Shown: positions 9,766 to 19,172 of the stretch, piece after piece | How positions within the stretch are numbered: position 1 is the stretch's first letter | How the letters are laid out: each line of letters begins with the position of its first letter | NCBI GenBank assembly: GCA_937870865.1 | Contig: CALMZY010000386.1 | Span: 1-48,254, forward strand | Direction of reading: 5' to 3' | Source of the DNA: an uncultured Lentisphaerota bacterium | Lineage (GTDB): Bacteria > Verrucomicrobiota > Kiritimatiellia > CAIQIC01 > JAGNIJ01 | Length of the DNA stretch: 48,254 nucleotides | Program-made: the position numbers and the translations under genes | Notes under the pieces: generated by a model | What the model was told of the DNA's origin: nothing | The model's database searches: none | The model's input: only the letters and a program-made list of their open reading frames with translations

Positions 9766-11501
9766 CGTTGGACGGGCTTGCTGTAATCCAAGGGATCGAC
9801 ATCCGGCTTTGACGTTTCCGCCGGCTTCTCCGCGAGGCGGATTTCCACCGATGCTTCGCCCGCCGATTTCTGGAGCGCCACTTTCTGCCGCACCTCGGAA
9901 CCGGTTTCCGGCTTCACGGTGACGTTCAAATCGCCGAAGAACGCGCGGCATGAAAAAAGTCCCTCGGCCGAGGTCTGCCCCTCCGCGCGGGTCCACCAGT
10001 TGCTGAAGACAAGCTGTTCGTACATTTCGCCGGACGGCTTCCTGGAAAAGTCCGCGCGCAGGATCGCCGCCTCGGGCTTCCAGTGCCGCTTCTCCCAGAA
10101 GCCCCACATCAGGATGCCGTCGACGGCCTCGTGGGCGAACGCGATCCGGTACACGTCTTCCAGCGTTCGCGCCTGGACGGCCTCGTCGGCCGCCACGCAG
10201 TCGAATTCGGTGATCTTCACCGGGAGGTTGAATTTCGCAAGCGAGTCGAGCGATCTCTGAATATGTCCCGGGTCCGCCGCGCCGCTGAAGTGGGCCTGCA
10301 CGCCGATTCCGCCGACGGGCGCGCCCATTTCGAGGAGATGACGGATCTGGTCTTCGTACCGGCCCAGTTCGTCACCCTCGAGGATTCCGTAATCGTTCAC
10401 GTACAGCACCGCGTCGGGATTGGCGCCGGACGCCTCCGCGCACATCTGGCGGAAAATGGAGTCGCCCAAACGCTGGTTGAGATTGGTGCAGTGCAGCATT
10501 TCATTGCTCACATCGAATTCATTGATGAGTCCGCGGTAATGTCCCACGACATTACGCGCGCGCCGCATGATCGCGAACCGGAGATCCACGTCCGACAGAG
10601 CGTTGGCCCACTCCGGCATGAAGCAGCTCCAGAACAGGCAGTGTCCGCGCAGGGAGATCCCGTTCGCCCGGCACCAGCCGGCCATGGCATCCACGACCTC
10701 GTAGTGAACCTCGTCCTTCTTCGGTTCCATGTCGGGCCACTTCAGCGCGTTCTCGGTCACGGCATGGTTGAAGTACTTCTTTACCTGGGCCCGGTAGGCA
10801 ATGGCCTCCGGGTGGTTGGCCCCGGGCGTGAACAGGTCCGAAACGAGCGCGGTGCCGAACGGGAACTCGTGGCGCGCCTGGGTGACGGTCACGCGGGCGT
10901 TCGATACCGGGTGGCCTTGCGAATCGAGCACCTTGACGGCCAGGTTGCCTTTTCGAATCGCTTCGATCCGCTCTTCGGTCTCGCGGATCAGCGCCCCGTG
11001 CCGGTCATCGAGGAAAGCCTGGTACTCGTCGGCTGTAAGAAGAGCGGGATCATCGGCCCGCGCCGCCGGGAGGATCGTCAGGCCCGAGAAGAACAGGTTG
11101 CGGTCCTCGCCGTCCGTCAGACAATCGTTTTCAAAACAGACGCTGACGGTGTGCGTGCCGGTGGCGACTGCGGACACGAAGGTATACGTGGCCCAGTCGG
11201 CAGAAGCGATTCGCGTCTTGAAGAGCTCCTCTCCATCGAAACGGACCTTGAGCTCCGGCCAGGCGCCGCAGCCCCGATCGCCGCGCGCGACGACGATGAA
11301 GGTGCAGGGCTTTTCGTCGAAGAATCTGAGCGCGCAGGTCGCGGAGCCGTTCTCGAAAAACGCGCACGCATCGTTGAGGACGGTTCCTTTCGAGATCTCG
11401 CAGAAGTTGGACACGGCCACCGTCAGTGGATTCGCGGCGGACGGAAGGATCGAAAAAGCGGACAAGCCCAATGCAAGGATCAGTGGTCGTATTCTCTGCA
11501 T
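9762..11501 (-). CDS. Secreted glycoside hydrolase family 10 (endo-beta-1,4-xylanase-like) with an N-terminal beta-rich module
   Basis: Signal peptide MQRIRPLILALGLSAFSILPSAA from ATG 11501. GH10-like contexts are HAVTENALKW, EFDVSNEM (acid/base Glu) and KITEFD (nucleophile Glu). The 51 codons upstream in the track ORF are discarded. Confidence 0.8.
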   Translation of the reverse strand: MQRIRPLILALGLSAFSILPSAANPLTVAVSNFCEISKGTVLNDACAFFENGSATCALRFFDEKPCTFIVVARGDRGCGAWPELKVRFDGEELFKTRIASADWATYTFVSAVATGTHTVSVCFENDCLTDGEDRNLFFSGLTILPAARADDPALLTADEYQAFLDDRHGALIRETEERIEAIRKGNLAVKVLDSQGHPVSNARVTVTQARHEFPFGTALVSDLFTPGANHPEAIAYRAQVKKYFNHAVTENALKWPDMEPKKDEVHYEVVDAMAGWCRANGISLRGHCLFWSCFMPEWANALSDVDLRFAIMRRARNVVGHYRGLINEFDVSNEMLHCTNLNQRLGDSIFRQMCAEASGANPDAVLYVNDYGILEGDELGRYEDQIRHLLEMGAPVGGIGVQAHFSGAADPGHIQRSLDSLAKFNLPVKITEFDCVAADEAVQARTLEDVYRIAFAHEAVDGILMWGFWEKRHWKPEAAILRADFSRKPSGEMYEQLVFSNWWTRAEGQTSAEGLFSCRAFFGDLNVTVKPETGSEVRQKVALQKSAGEASVEIRLAEKPAETSKPDVDPLDYSKPVQR

Positions 11502-11524
11502 GAAAATCTCCTGGTGCGGTCCGG

Positions 11525-12703
11525 TCAGCGGCGCAAGGGCGCCGCCGCCTCCGCTGCGGCTTCGTAAACGGCCCGGACCGGCGCGTTGTGTTCCCCGGCT
11601 CTCCGGATGCAATCCTCCATCTCCGGCGCAAACGTTACATCCTGGCCTTTCCACCGGCCGATCTTGATGCGGATCGCCCCGTAGCGTGTGGTGACTTCCA
11701 CCGTGCGCCGGGCGAGCATGGTGCGGTGCGTGACATGCTCCCGGATGCCGAACGTCGTGCTCTCCCTGAAAATCAGATCCACAAGCGCGTCCCGCGTCCC
11801 CGACTCGCAGAGAACGGTCAACAGGGTTCCGGGGCGCTGTTTTTTCATCTGGACGGCCGTGGTGAACGCGTCAAGCGCGCCGGCGTCCATGAGTTGCCGG
11901 GTCAGCGAGCCCAGCAGTTCCGGCGTCGTGTCATCGACGTTGCATTCGATCACCAGGCAGGTCCCGGAGTGGGCGTCCGATTCCGTTTCCATCAGGACGG
12001 CACGAAGAAGATTTGGCCGTTGCTCCAGCGTCTGGTGTCCGAAACTGTAGGCGGTGTTCAGGATCCGGCTGCCGTCCGGAGCGCGCTCGCGATTCCGCCA
12101 CGTGGTCAGGAGCGCCGCGCCCGTCGGGGTCACCAGTTCCTTCGTTTCATCCGTCTGAACGATCGGGAACCCCTGCAACAACTCCACCGTCGCGGGCGCG
12201 GGATTCGGGAATGTGCCGTGCGCGCATTCGATGGTCCCGCGGCCGGCCGGAAAGGGCCCGACCGCCACGTCGTCCACGCCCAGCAGGTGCAGACCAAGGC
12301 AGGAGCCGACGATGTCGATGATGGAATCGAGAGCCCCGACCTCGTGGAAATGGACCTGGTCGATGGTCGTCCCGTGCACCTTGGCCTCGGCCGCTCCGAG
12401 CCGGCGGAAGACCTTCAGGCTCGACTCCTTCACCGCCGGGGGGAGTTTGCTGTCCGTGACAATATTTTCGATGTCCCGGAGATGCCGAGCGTGATGATGC
12501 GTGTGTTCATGCAGGCGGACGGCGACCTGCAGGCCGTGGATCTTGCCGCCCTGAAGCGGCGCGGCCTCGATATCGAACGGCTCGACGGGAAGGCTGGAGA
12601 GTTCCTGGACGAGGCGCTTCGGATCCACGCCCAGCCCGATCAGGGCGCCGAGGATCATGTCGCCGCTCGCGCCGCCGGTCATCTCGAATTGAAGGAGTTT
12701 CAT
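11525..12703 (-). CDS. larC: LarC-family nickel insertion protein (DUF111)
   Basis: The N-terminus MKLLQFEMTGGASGDMILGALIGLGVD is typical of LarC. ATG at 12703. The track extension up to 12829 is a translated intergenic repeat. Confidence 0.85.
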   Translation of the reverse strand: MKLLQFEMTGGASGDMILGALIGLGVDPKRLVQELSSLPVEPFDIEAAPLQGGKIHGLQVAVRLHEHTHHHARHLRDIENIVTDSKLPPAVKESSLKVFRRLGAAEAKVHGTTIDQVHFHEVGALDSIIDIVGSCLGLHLLGVDDVAVGPFPAGRGTIECAHGTFPNPAPATVELLQGFPIVQTDETKELVTPTGAALLTTWRNRERAPDGSRILNTAYSFGHQTLEQRPNLLRAVLMETESDAHSGTCLVIECNVDDTTPELLGSLTRQLMDAGALDAFTTAVQMKKQRPGTLLTVLCESGTRDALVDLIFRESTTFGIREHVTHRTMLARRTVEVTTRYGAIRIKIGRWKGQDVTFAPEMEDCIRRAGEHNAPVRAVYEAAAEAAAPLRR

Positions 12704-12720
12704 GCCCGAAGATATTCCTT

Positions 12721-12825
12721 GGAGTGGTGGAGTGATGAAGTACTGGAGTACTGGAAGGTGGAAAACGCGAGCTGCGCGCCTTTTCTCCTCCACCCATGAC
12801 TCCAGCACTCCATTACTCCATCTCC
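12721..12825. repeat. Long imperfect inverted repeat built from GGAGTGATG/GGAGTACTGG words (same family as 18183-18211)
   Basis: The left arm is ggagtggtggagtgatgaagtactggagtactggaaggtgg. The reverse complement of the right arm is ggagatggagtaatggagtgctggagtcatgggtgg. The element lies between the larB stop and the larC start. Confidence 0.65.
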
Positions 12826-13574
12826 CCAATTCTGTTGATCAGCGCGGCCATGACACCGGCGCCGAAGCCGTTGTCGATATTGACCACGGAAATGCCCGGC
12901 ACGCACGTGTTGAGCATTGCCAGCAGGGCGGCCACGCCCTGCATGCTCGTTCCGTAGCCCACGCTGGTGGGAACCGCCACGATCGGGCGGTCGATCAGCC
13001 CGCCGACGACGGACGGCAGGGCGCCCTCCATGCCCGCGACGACGACGACCGCGCGCGACGAGCGCAGCGTCTCCAGGTGATTCATCAGCCGGTGCAGCCC
13101 TGCCACGCCGACGTCGGTGATTCGTTCGACGCGCGCGCCCATCCACTCGGCTGTCAACGCGGCCTCCTCGGCCACGGGAATGTCCGAGGTGCCGGCGCAG
13201 ACCACGGACACGCGGCCCGCCGCCTTCGGCCGTGCGACCACGTCCAGCGAGATCATTCGCGCCGCCTCGTGGAAGACCGCGCGCGGGTGCGCTTTCCGGA
13301 CCGCACTGTACATCTCGCGCGTGGCGCGCGTGCAAAGCACGTTCTGGCGTGCTTTCTTGAACGCGGCGATGATCCGGACGATCTGCTGCGGCGTTTTTCC
13401 CGCCGAGTAAATGACTTCCGGGATGCCCTTCCTTCGGTGCCGGTCGAGGTCCAGGCGGGCGAATCCAAGGTTGTTCTCCGTTGGGGGATTGAGCAGACGG
13501 AGCGCCGCCTTCACCGACAATTTGCCGGCGGCCACTTTGTTCAGAACGGATTCCCTCTCGGATTTCATCGGCAT
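12813..13574 (-). CDS. larB: LarB (nickel-pincer cofactor biosynthesis; PurE/AIR-carboxylase-like)
   Basis: 253 aa. The core reads VSVVCAGTSDIPVAEEAALTAEWMG...VVVVAGMEGALPSVVGGL. It sits directly upstream of larC. Confidence 0.85.
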   Translation of the reverse strand: MPMKSERESVLNKVAAGKLSVKAALRLLNPPTENNLGFARLDLDRHRRKGIPEVIYSAGKTPQQIVRIIAAFKKARQNVLCTRATREMYSAVRKAHPRAVFHEAARMISLDVVARPKAAGRVSVVCAGTSDIPVAEEAALTAEWMGARVERITDVGVAGLHRLMNHLETLRSSRAVVVVAGMEGALPSVVGGLIDRPIVAVPTSVGYGTSMQGVAALLAMLNTCVPGISVVNIDNGFGAGVMAALINRIGEME

Positions 13575-13575
13575 T

Positions 13576-14658
13576 CTAGCTTCCGGGTGCGGAGGGGGCG
13601 TTGGGCGAGAGACTTTCCACCAGTTTCTTGAAGTCCGGATAGTCCCGCATGGGTTTGAAATCGCTGTCGGACAGAAAACGTTGGCAGGTCATGGGCGAGC
13701 AAAGCTGGGCGCCCCGCCGGATCCAGTTCATGGCCTCCGGGTAATTGTTCTCGAGTACGTAGGTGATGGCCAGGTTGAAATACCAGTTCGGCACCTTCGG
13801 ATTCAGGTCGATCAGGAACAGCAGGTGTTTCCGGGCGTCGTCATAGCGCCCGATGCGCATCAGGGAGACCGCGAGGTTGTTGCGCGGGGACGGATCGTTG
13901 GGCGTCTGCTCGATCGCGCGTTCCAGGTAATCCGCCGCCGCGTCGTACCGGCCGCGCGCGAGGTTCAGGAGCCCGAGATTGAGAAACGCGATGTAGTAGT
14001 CCGGGGTGATCTGCAGGGAGGTGTTCAGCAGTTCCTCGGCCTTGTCCATCTGTCCCTTCTGCATGTAGGCCGTGGCGAGGTTGTTGTAGGTCTCTGCGCT
14101 GAACGGGTCCTTCTTCAGGACTTTTTCAAGCTCGAGGATGGCCTGGTCGAATTGTCCGCGCTGGGTGTGTATCGCGCCGAGCATCCGCATCGCGGCGTTC
14201 ATGTTCGGCCAGATCTCCAGCGCCTTCCGCGCGTGCGCCTCCGCCTTCTCCAGGTCCCGCGCCATGAGATAGTCGTTCGCGATGCGCGTTTCGCCCATGG
14301 CGCTGGCCATCCGCTCCGGATCGACGTCCGCCGCCTCTTCCTCGGAGAGCCCTTCCGTGGTCCGGGGGGCGGACAAACGCGCCGGCGTCAGGTTGCTCAT
14401 GATCAACGGGGTCGACATGGTCAGCATCGGAAGCTTGGCGGGGGGTTCCTCCGGGACGGGCACCTTGCTCTTCTTGTCCTGGAGGGAGATGATCCATGTG
14501 GCCACGCCGAGCAGCACGAGCATGACCGCCGAGAAGACGACGGTGTTGCGCACGGATCGCGCACGGAATTCCGCGGGCGTCGTGTCGTGACGCGGCAGAT
14601 CGCCTTCCTTCTTCGGTTCCGGTTCGGGCGTTTGATAGATGTCCCGGCGTTCGTCCAT
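13576..14658 (-). CDS. Membrane-anchored tetratricopeptide-repeat protein
   Basis: N-terminal TM helix (VVFSAVMLVLLGVATWIISL) followed by several 34-aa TPR-like units, e.g. AETYNNLATAYMQKGQMDKAEELL and YIAFLNLGLLNLARGRYDAAADYL. Confidence 0.75.
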   Translation of the reverse strand: MDERRDIYQTPEPEPKKEGDLPRHDTTPAEFRARSVRNTVVFSAVMLVLLGVATWIISLQDKKSKVPVPEEPPAKLPMLTMSTPLIMSNLTPARLSAPRTTEGLSEEEAADVDPERMASAMGETRIANDYLMARDLEKAEAHARKALEIWPNMNAAMRMLGAIHTQRGQFDQAILELEKVLKKDPFSAETYNNLATAYMQKGQMDKAEELLNTSLQITPDYYIAFLNLGLLNLARGRYDAAADYLERAIEQTPNDPSPRNNLAVSLMRIGRYDDARKHLLFLIDLNPKVPNWYFNLAITYVLENNYPEAMNWIRRGAQLCSPMTCQRFLSDSDFKPMRDYPDFKKLVESLSPNAPSAPGS

Positions 14659-14722
14659 GATTCTTCCGGAAAATACGGCATCCGCACCGGGGTTACAAGT
14701 GCAGTAAACAGCGGGCCGGCGG

Positions 14723-15286
14723 TTACAGGCCCAGGAAGTTCACAAGGATTTGCCTGCCGTTCTGCGTCAGGATCGATTCCGGGTGAAACTGCACGCCGTA
14801 GACCGGGTGCTTCTTGTGCCGCAGCCCCATGATCTCGCCCTCTTCCGTGTCCGCCGTGATCTCCAGGTCGGCCGGCAGGGATGCGCGTTCGACCAGCAGG
14901 GAATGGTAGCGGATGGCCTCGAAGGGATTCGGCATGTTCTTGAGCACGCCCTGGCCGTTGTGCCGGATCGGGGAGGTCTTTCCATGCATCAGCCGGCCGG
15001 CGCGGACCACCTTTCCGCCGTAGACCTGGCCGATCGCCTGGTGGCCGAGGCAGACGCCCAGCGTCGGGATGACCGGCCCGAAGCGCGCGATGGCCGCGCA
15101 GGAGATGCCCGCCTCCGACGGGGTGCACGGCCCCGGGCTGACCAGCAGCTTCGCGGGCTTGAGGGCCGCGAGATCGTCCACGGAGGCTTCGTCATTGCGG
15201 ACCACGCGGACCTCGGCGCCCAGTTCGCCGAGATATTGCACCAGGTTGTAGGTGAACGAGTCGTAGTTATCGATGACCAGAATCAT
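14723..15286 (-). CDS. trpG: Anthranilate synthase component II (glutamine amidotransferase)
   Basis: 187 aa starting [19 protein letters not shown]. Catalytic Cys context is LGVCLGHQ, and the C-terminal region has GVQFHPES. The rest of the 674-aa track ORF is a trpE out-of-frame artefact. Confidence 0.9.
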   Translation of the reverse strand: MILVIDNYDSFTYNLVQYLGELGAEVRVVRNDEASVDDLAALKPAKLLVSPGPCTPSEAGISCAAIARFGPVIPTLGVCLGHQAIGQVYGGKVVRAGRLMHGKTSPIRHNGQGVLKNMPNPFEAIRYHSLLVERASLPADLEITADTEEGEIMGLRHKKHPVYGVQFHPESILTQNGRQILVNFLGL

Positions 15287-16812
15287 TTCCTGCCTGCCTT
15301 TCGGGCCGCCGCGAAATGACGCGCGAGCGCCAGCGCCTTGAACATCCCCCGGGCCTTGTTTCGCGTTTCCTCGTACTCGGTGTTCGGGTCCGAATCCGCC
15401 ACGATGCCCGCGCCCGCCTGCACGTAGGCCTTGCCGAGGTCCAGGATGATTGTCCGGATCGTGATGCACGAGTCGAGGTTTCCGCCGAAGCTGAAGTAAC
15501 CCACGGCGCCGGCGTACGGCCCGCGTTTTGCCTTCTCGAGTTCCGCGATGATCTCCATCGCGCGGATCTTCGGGGCGCCGCTGACCGTGCCGGCCGGGAA
15601 AGTCGCGCGCATCAGCTCGTAGACATCCGTGTCCGGCCGCAGTTCGCCGGTGACGTCGGAGACGATGTGCATCACGTGGCTGTAACGCTCGATGACCATC
15701 AGCTCCGGCACCTTGACCGTGCCGAACTGGCAGACACGGCCCAGGTCGTTGCGCGCGAGGTCCACCAGCATGATGTGCTCCGCGCGCTCCTTCGGATCCG
15801 CGAGCAGTTCTTCCGCGAGCTTCGCGTCCTTCGCGGGATCGTCCGACCGCGGCCGTGTCCCGGCGATGGGACGGAGTTCGGCGTGGCCGTCCTCGCTGCG
15901 CACGTGGACCTCCGGCGACGAACCCACCATCGCGCTGTCGCCGAGATCGAGACAGAACATGTAGGGCGAGGGATTGATCGACCGGAGCGCGCGGTACACG
16001 TCCAGCGAATCCGCCGAGCACTCCGTCTCGAACCGCTGGGACAGGACGGCCTGGATGATGTCGCCGGCGCGGATGTACTCCTTCGTCTTTTCGACGGTGG
16101 CCACGAATTCCTCGCGGCTCGTGTTGGATTCCGGGACGATCTCGCCGAGGTACGCGCCGCTGTCGATCATCGAACTGGATTTCGGCGAGCGGAGCGCCGC
16201 GCAGAGGGAATCGATCGTGTTGACCGCGCTGTCGTACGCCTTGCCCGCGTCGCCGTCGATGAACGCATTGGCGATGATCCTCACGCTGTGCCGGACGCGG
16301 TCGAAGATGATCAGCGCGTCGGTGACCATGAACACCATGTCCGGCGCGCGCAGGGCGTTGTCGGAACGGGTCGGCACCTTCTTCTCGAAGAACGAGACGC
16401 AGTCGTACCCGAGGAATCCGACGGCGCCGCCGGTGAAACGGGGCAGGTGCCGGTCGATCACCGGCTTGAAACGCGCCATGTAGCGCTTGAGCTCGTTCAG
16501 CGGGTCGCCGTCTTCCGTCAGCGTCTTCTCGGCTTGGCCGGGTTCCTGGATCGTGACCCGCCGTCCGTACGCGCGGAGAATGGCCCGGGGCGCGCCGCCG
16601 ATGAACGAGTAGCGGCCGACGCTTTCGCCGCCCTCCACGCTTTCCAGCAGGAACGTGTGCGAGGCGTGGTCTTTCTTCCGTAGGTGCTCGCGCACCTTGT
16701 CGTAGGCCGATACCGGCGAGTCCATGTCCGCCAACAGCTCGCGCCACACGGGGACGAGGTTGCCGTGTTCAGCTTTTTCGAGGAAGGTTTTCTTGTCGGG
16801 GGTATACGACAT
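15283..16812 (-). CDS. trpE: Anthranilate synthase component I
   Basis: Starts at ATG 16812 ([10 protein letters not shown]...). Chorismate-binding core has ...[15 protein letters not shown]-like, [15 protein letters not shown] and [11 protein letters not shown] 4-nt overlap with trpG. Confidence 0.9.
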   Translation of the reverse strand: MSYTPDKKTFLEKAEHGNLVPVWRELLADMDSPVSAYDKVREHLRKKDHASHTFLLESVEGGESVGRYSFIGGAPRAILRAYGRRVTIQEPGQAEKTLTEDGDPLNELKRYMARFKPVIDRHLPRFTGGAVGFLGYDCVSFFEKKVPTRSDNALRAPDMVFMVTDALIIFDRVRHSVRIIANAFIDGDAGKAYDSAVNTIDSLCAALRSPKSSSMIDSGAYLGEIVPESNTSREEFVATVEKTKEYIRAGDIIQAVLSQRFETECSADSLDVYRALRSINPSPYMFCLDLGDSAMVGSSPEVHVRSEDGHAELRPIAGTRPRSDDPAKDAKLAEELLADPKERAEHIMLVDLARNDLGRVCQFGTVKVPELMVIERYSHVMHIVSDVTGELRPDTDVYELMRATFPAGTVSGAPKIRAMEIIAELEKAKRGPYAGAVGYFSFGGNLDSCITIRTIILDLGKAYVQAGAGIVADSDPNTEYEETRNKARGMFKALALARHFAAARKAGRK

Positions 16813-16825
16813 ATTTCGTTGTCCT

Positions 16826-16876
16826 TGGTCAGTTGTCCGTGGTCCGTTGCCAGACAACTGACAACGGACTACTGAC
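16826..16876. repeat. Intergenic interleaved inverted repeats between hisI and trpE
   Basis: GTCAGTTGTC 16828-16837 pairs with GACAACTGAC 16853-16862. GTCCGTTG 16842-16849 pairs with CAACGGAC 16862-16869. The arrangement is crossing or mutually exclusive. Confidence 0.7.
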
Positions 16877-16885
16877 AAATGACGT

Positions 16886-17296
16886 TTACGGATCCGTGTT
16901 CTCCAGTTTTCCGCCAGCCAAATCCAGCTTTCGGTAATAGCAATTCCTCGGCTCGCCCTTCCGGTTCTTCGTGTGGCAGATGCCGCCGCGGCGCGGGCGA
17001 ACGCGGTAGAGCAGGGAGTTCTGTTCGCAGTTTACGCGGACCTCGATCAGATCGAACGTCTCGCCGGACGTTTTGCCTTTTTCCCACAGCTCGTTGCGCG
17101 ACGTGCTCCAGAGAACCAGCGAACGCGTTTCCAGTGATTTCCGGAACGCGAGTTCGTTCGTGTATGCGACGAGGATCACCTCGCTCGTGTCCGCGTTCTG
17201 GACCGCCACCGGCACGATGCCCGGGCTGGACGCGACGGCCTTCTCCAGCTTCGCCCAGTCGAGTTTCAGTTCCGAGCTTTCTTCAAGATTGTTCAT
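16886..17296 (-). CDS. hisI: Phosphoribosyl-AMP cyclohydrolase
   Basis: 136 aa. ...GIVPVAVQNADTSEVILVAYTNELAFRKSLETR...LWEKGKTSGETFDLIEVRVNCEQNSLLY...GGICHT matches HisI. Confidence 0.85.
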   Translation of the reverse strand: MNNLEESSELKLDWAKLEKAVASSPGIVPVAVQNADTSEVILVAYTNELAFRKSLETRSLVLWSTSRNELWEKGKTSGETFDLIEVRVNCEQNSLLYRVRPRRGGICHTKNRKGEPRNCYYRKLDLAGGKLENTDP

Positions 17297-17313
17297 GTTC
17301 TTCCTCAGTCGTT

Positions 17314-17375
17314 AACCACGAATGGACACCAATTCACACGGATGCATTTGTGTTCATTCGTGTCGATTCGTGGTT
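17314..17375. repeat. Intercistronic hairpin element between hisF and hisI
   Basis: AACCACGAAT 17314-17323 pairs perfectly with ATTCGTGGTT 17366-17375. The interior is built from cacgaat/attcgtg-like words. Confidence 0.7.
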
Positions 17376-18145
17376 CACAGCCTCACTTCCACACCTCTGT
17401 CCCTCAGGTACTGTTTCACCTGCGGGATCGTGAACTCGCCGAAATGAAAAATCGATGCGGCGAGAACGGCGTCCGCCTTGCCCTCCACAATCCCGTCGTA
17501 CATGTGCTCCAGCGTGCCGACGCCGCCCGAGGCGATGACCGGGACCGAGACGGCTTCGGAAATGGCCCGCGTCAACTCCAGGTCGTAGCCCGCCTTCGTG
17601 CCGTCGCGGTCCATGCTGGTCAGCAGGATTTCGCCCGCCCCTCGCTGAACGCCTTCCTTCGCCCACTCCACGGCATCGCGCTTCGTCGGGTTCCGCCCGC
17701 CGTGCGTGAACACCGTCCAACCTGGGCGATCCGTGTTTTTCCGCGCGTCGATGGCCAGCACGATGCACTGGCTCCCGAACATCTCGGACGTTTCGTTGAG
17801 GATATCCGGGTTCTTCAGCGCGGCGGTGTTCAGGGAAACCTTGTCGGCGCCGGCCTGGAGCATCTTGCGGATGTCGGCGGATGTGCGCACGCCGCCGCCG
17901 ACGGTCAGGGGCATGAAAACCTGTTTCGCCACGGCCCGCACAACATCCACGATCGTGTCGCGGGCTTCGTGCGACGCGGTGATGTCGAGAAAGGTCAGTT
18001 CGTCGGCGCCCTGCGCCTCGTAGGCGCGGGCGCACTCCACGGGGTCGCCGGCGTCGCGCAATTGCACGAACTTCACGCCTTTGACAACGCGGCCGCCCGT
18101 GATATCGAGGCACGGTATGATTCGTTTTGCCAGCATAGCAGTCAA
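17375..18145 (-). CDS. hisF: Imidazole glycerol phosphate synthase cyclase subunit
   Basis: 256 aa. [41 protein letters not shown] and ASGGVG are canonical HisF motifs. Confidence 0.95.
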   Translation of the reverse strand: MTAMLAKRIIPCLDITGGRVVKGVKFVQLRDAGDPVECARAYEAQGADELTFLDITASHEARDTIVDVVRAVAKQVFMPLTVGGGVRTSADIRKMLQAGADKVSLNTAALKNPDILNETSEMFGSQCIVLAIDARKNTDRPGWTVFTHGGRNPTKRDAVEWAKEGVQRGAGEILLTSMDRDGTKAGYDLELTRAISEAVSVPVIASGGVGTLEHMYDGIVEGKADAVLAASIFHFGEFTIPQVKQYLRDRGVEVRL

Positions 18146-18182
18146 TTCCAGGGAGTACTGGCGGAAGCCGCATCAGCCTCCT

Positions 18183-18211
18183 CTTCCATCACTCCAGTAC
18201 TCCATCACTCC
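18183..18211. repeat. Dispersed word repeat (reverse complement GGAGTGATGGAGTACTGGAGTGATGG), same family as 12721-12825
   Basis: By hand alignment, the reverse complement of ccatcactccagtactccatcactcc matches 12727-12752 (GGAGTGATGAAGTACTGGAGTACTGG) at 23 of 26 positions. Confidence 0.65.
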
Positions 18212-18243
18212 AAAAAAAAAGCCCCGGTTGTTTCACCGGGGTC
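18212..18243 (-). terminator. Rho-independent terminator
   Basis: The minus strand reads GACCCCGG-TGAAACAA-CCGGGGC followed by T9. The stem is 7 bp plus a G.U pair, directly followed by nine U. Confidence 0.8.
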
Positions 18244-18327
18244 CGCAAAGCAGTCGGAAGGCGTCAGTCCCGACAAGGGACCCCGTCGCGCCAACCAACA
18301 TGCCAGTTTCCGTTCATAACTGGGGAC

Positions 18328-18355
18328 AGATTACATTCCCTGAAAATGCGTGCAA
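18328..18355 (-). promoter_or_regulatory. Candidate sigma70-like promoter for a ~110-nt transcript ending at the 18212 terminator
   Basis: The minus strand has TTGCAC (18355-18350), a 16-nt spacer, then TAATCT (18333-18328). It lies downstream of the receiver gene stop and upstream of the strong terminator. Confidence 0.3.
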
Positions 18356-18401
18356 GCCTAATTAAGAAAAGCTGTGGCGCCTCCGTGCCGGGAGGGTTGA
18401 A

Positions 18402-18773
18402 CTACGGGTTTGCCGGGGTGAGCGCCTTGCGGGCCGCTTCCAGAACTTCCTCGGTCTTGAAAGGCTTCTTCACGTACGCGCAACAACCGAGGGAAATGGC
18501 TTGGCGGACCGTTTTTTCGGAACAATAGGCCGAGATCACGACGATCGGCATGGCCGGGCGCAACTCGTGAGCCATCTTGATGACCTGCATGCCGTCGACC
18601 GGTTCCATGCGGATGTCGGCAAGGAGAAGATCGAACTGCTCCTCCGACTTGATCATGTCGATGGCCTTCTGGCCCTCGCGAATGGGAACCACTTCGTGCC
18701 CTTCGCTGCGGAACAGCATGCCCACGGTGCGAAGCACGGACTCTTCATCATCAACAAGAAGAATTCTCGCCAT
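18402..18773 (-). CDS. Stand-alone response-regulator receiver domain (CheY-like)
   Basis: MARILLVDDEESV..., phospho-acceptor context LLLADIRMEP, and conserved Lys context YVKKPF. No output domain. ATG at 18773. Confidence 0.8.
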   Translation of the reverse strand: MARILLVDDEESVLRTVGMLFRSEGHEVVPIREGQKAIDMIKSEEQFDLLLADIRMEPVDGMQVIKMAHELRPAMPIVVISAYCSEKTVRQAISLGCCAYVKKPFKTEEVLEAARKALTPANP

Positions 18774-18830
18774 AACTACAGTTACACTACCCAAAGAGCT
18801 TACAGAAGGAAAGTGGAATGTTCAAAAAGC

Positions 18831-19172
18831 TCAACTGGGGGATTGGGGCGGGGTCGCGGACGTCTCGAGCGCTTCGAGGGAGATCGGAGGCTCGCCTTCG
18901 GCGCGCGGGGGAAAATCAAAGTGAGTCTGGAACAGGTCAACCAGTTTCCTGCACACCGACTGCTCGTCCGGACCGGAAACACGAATCGTGAGATCAGTTC
19001 CCTGGTGCAGTCCGAGCGCCAACAAACTCATCACCGACCGCAGGTCGGACTCGCGCGAGTTCGCCGTCACGCGGATCGAGCCCGGGTAGTTCATCGCTTC
19101 CTTGATGATGACGGCCGATGGCCGGCAGTGAATGCCGGCGGAGTTACATACAATGGCCGGAAGTTCAACCAT
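18831..19172 (-). CDS. ptsH: HPr-family phosphocarrier protein
   Basis: NSAGIHCRPSAVIIKEA (active-site His context) and SVMSLLALGLHQGTDLTIRVSGPDE. ATG at 19172; the track start 19187 is TTG. Confidence 0.75.
   Translation of the reverse strand: MVELPAIVCNSAGIHCRPSAVIIKEAMNYPGSIRVTANSRESDLRSVMSLLALGLHQGTDLTIRVSGPDEQSVCRKLVDLFQTHFDFPPRAEGEPPISLEALETSATPPQSPS

Noticed and set aside
11502-12829. N-terminal extensions of the GH10 (to 11654) and larC (to 12829) ORFs.
   Set aside because: The extensions lack signal or family features. The larC one is a translation of the intergenic word repeat. Internal ATGs give canonical N-termini: a signal peptide for GH10, and MKLLQFEMTGGASGD for LarC.
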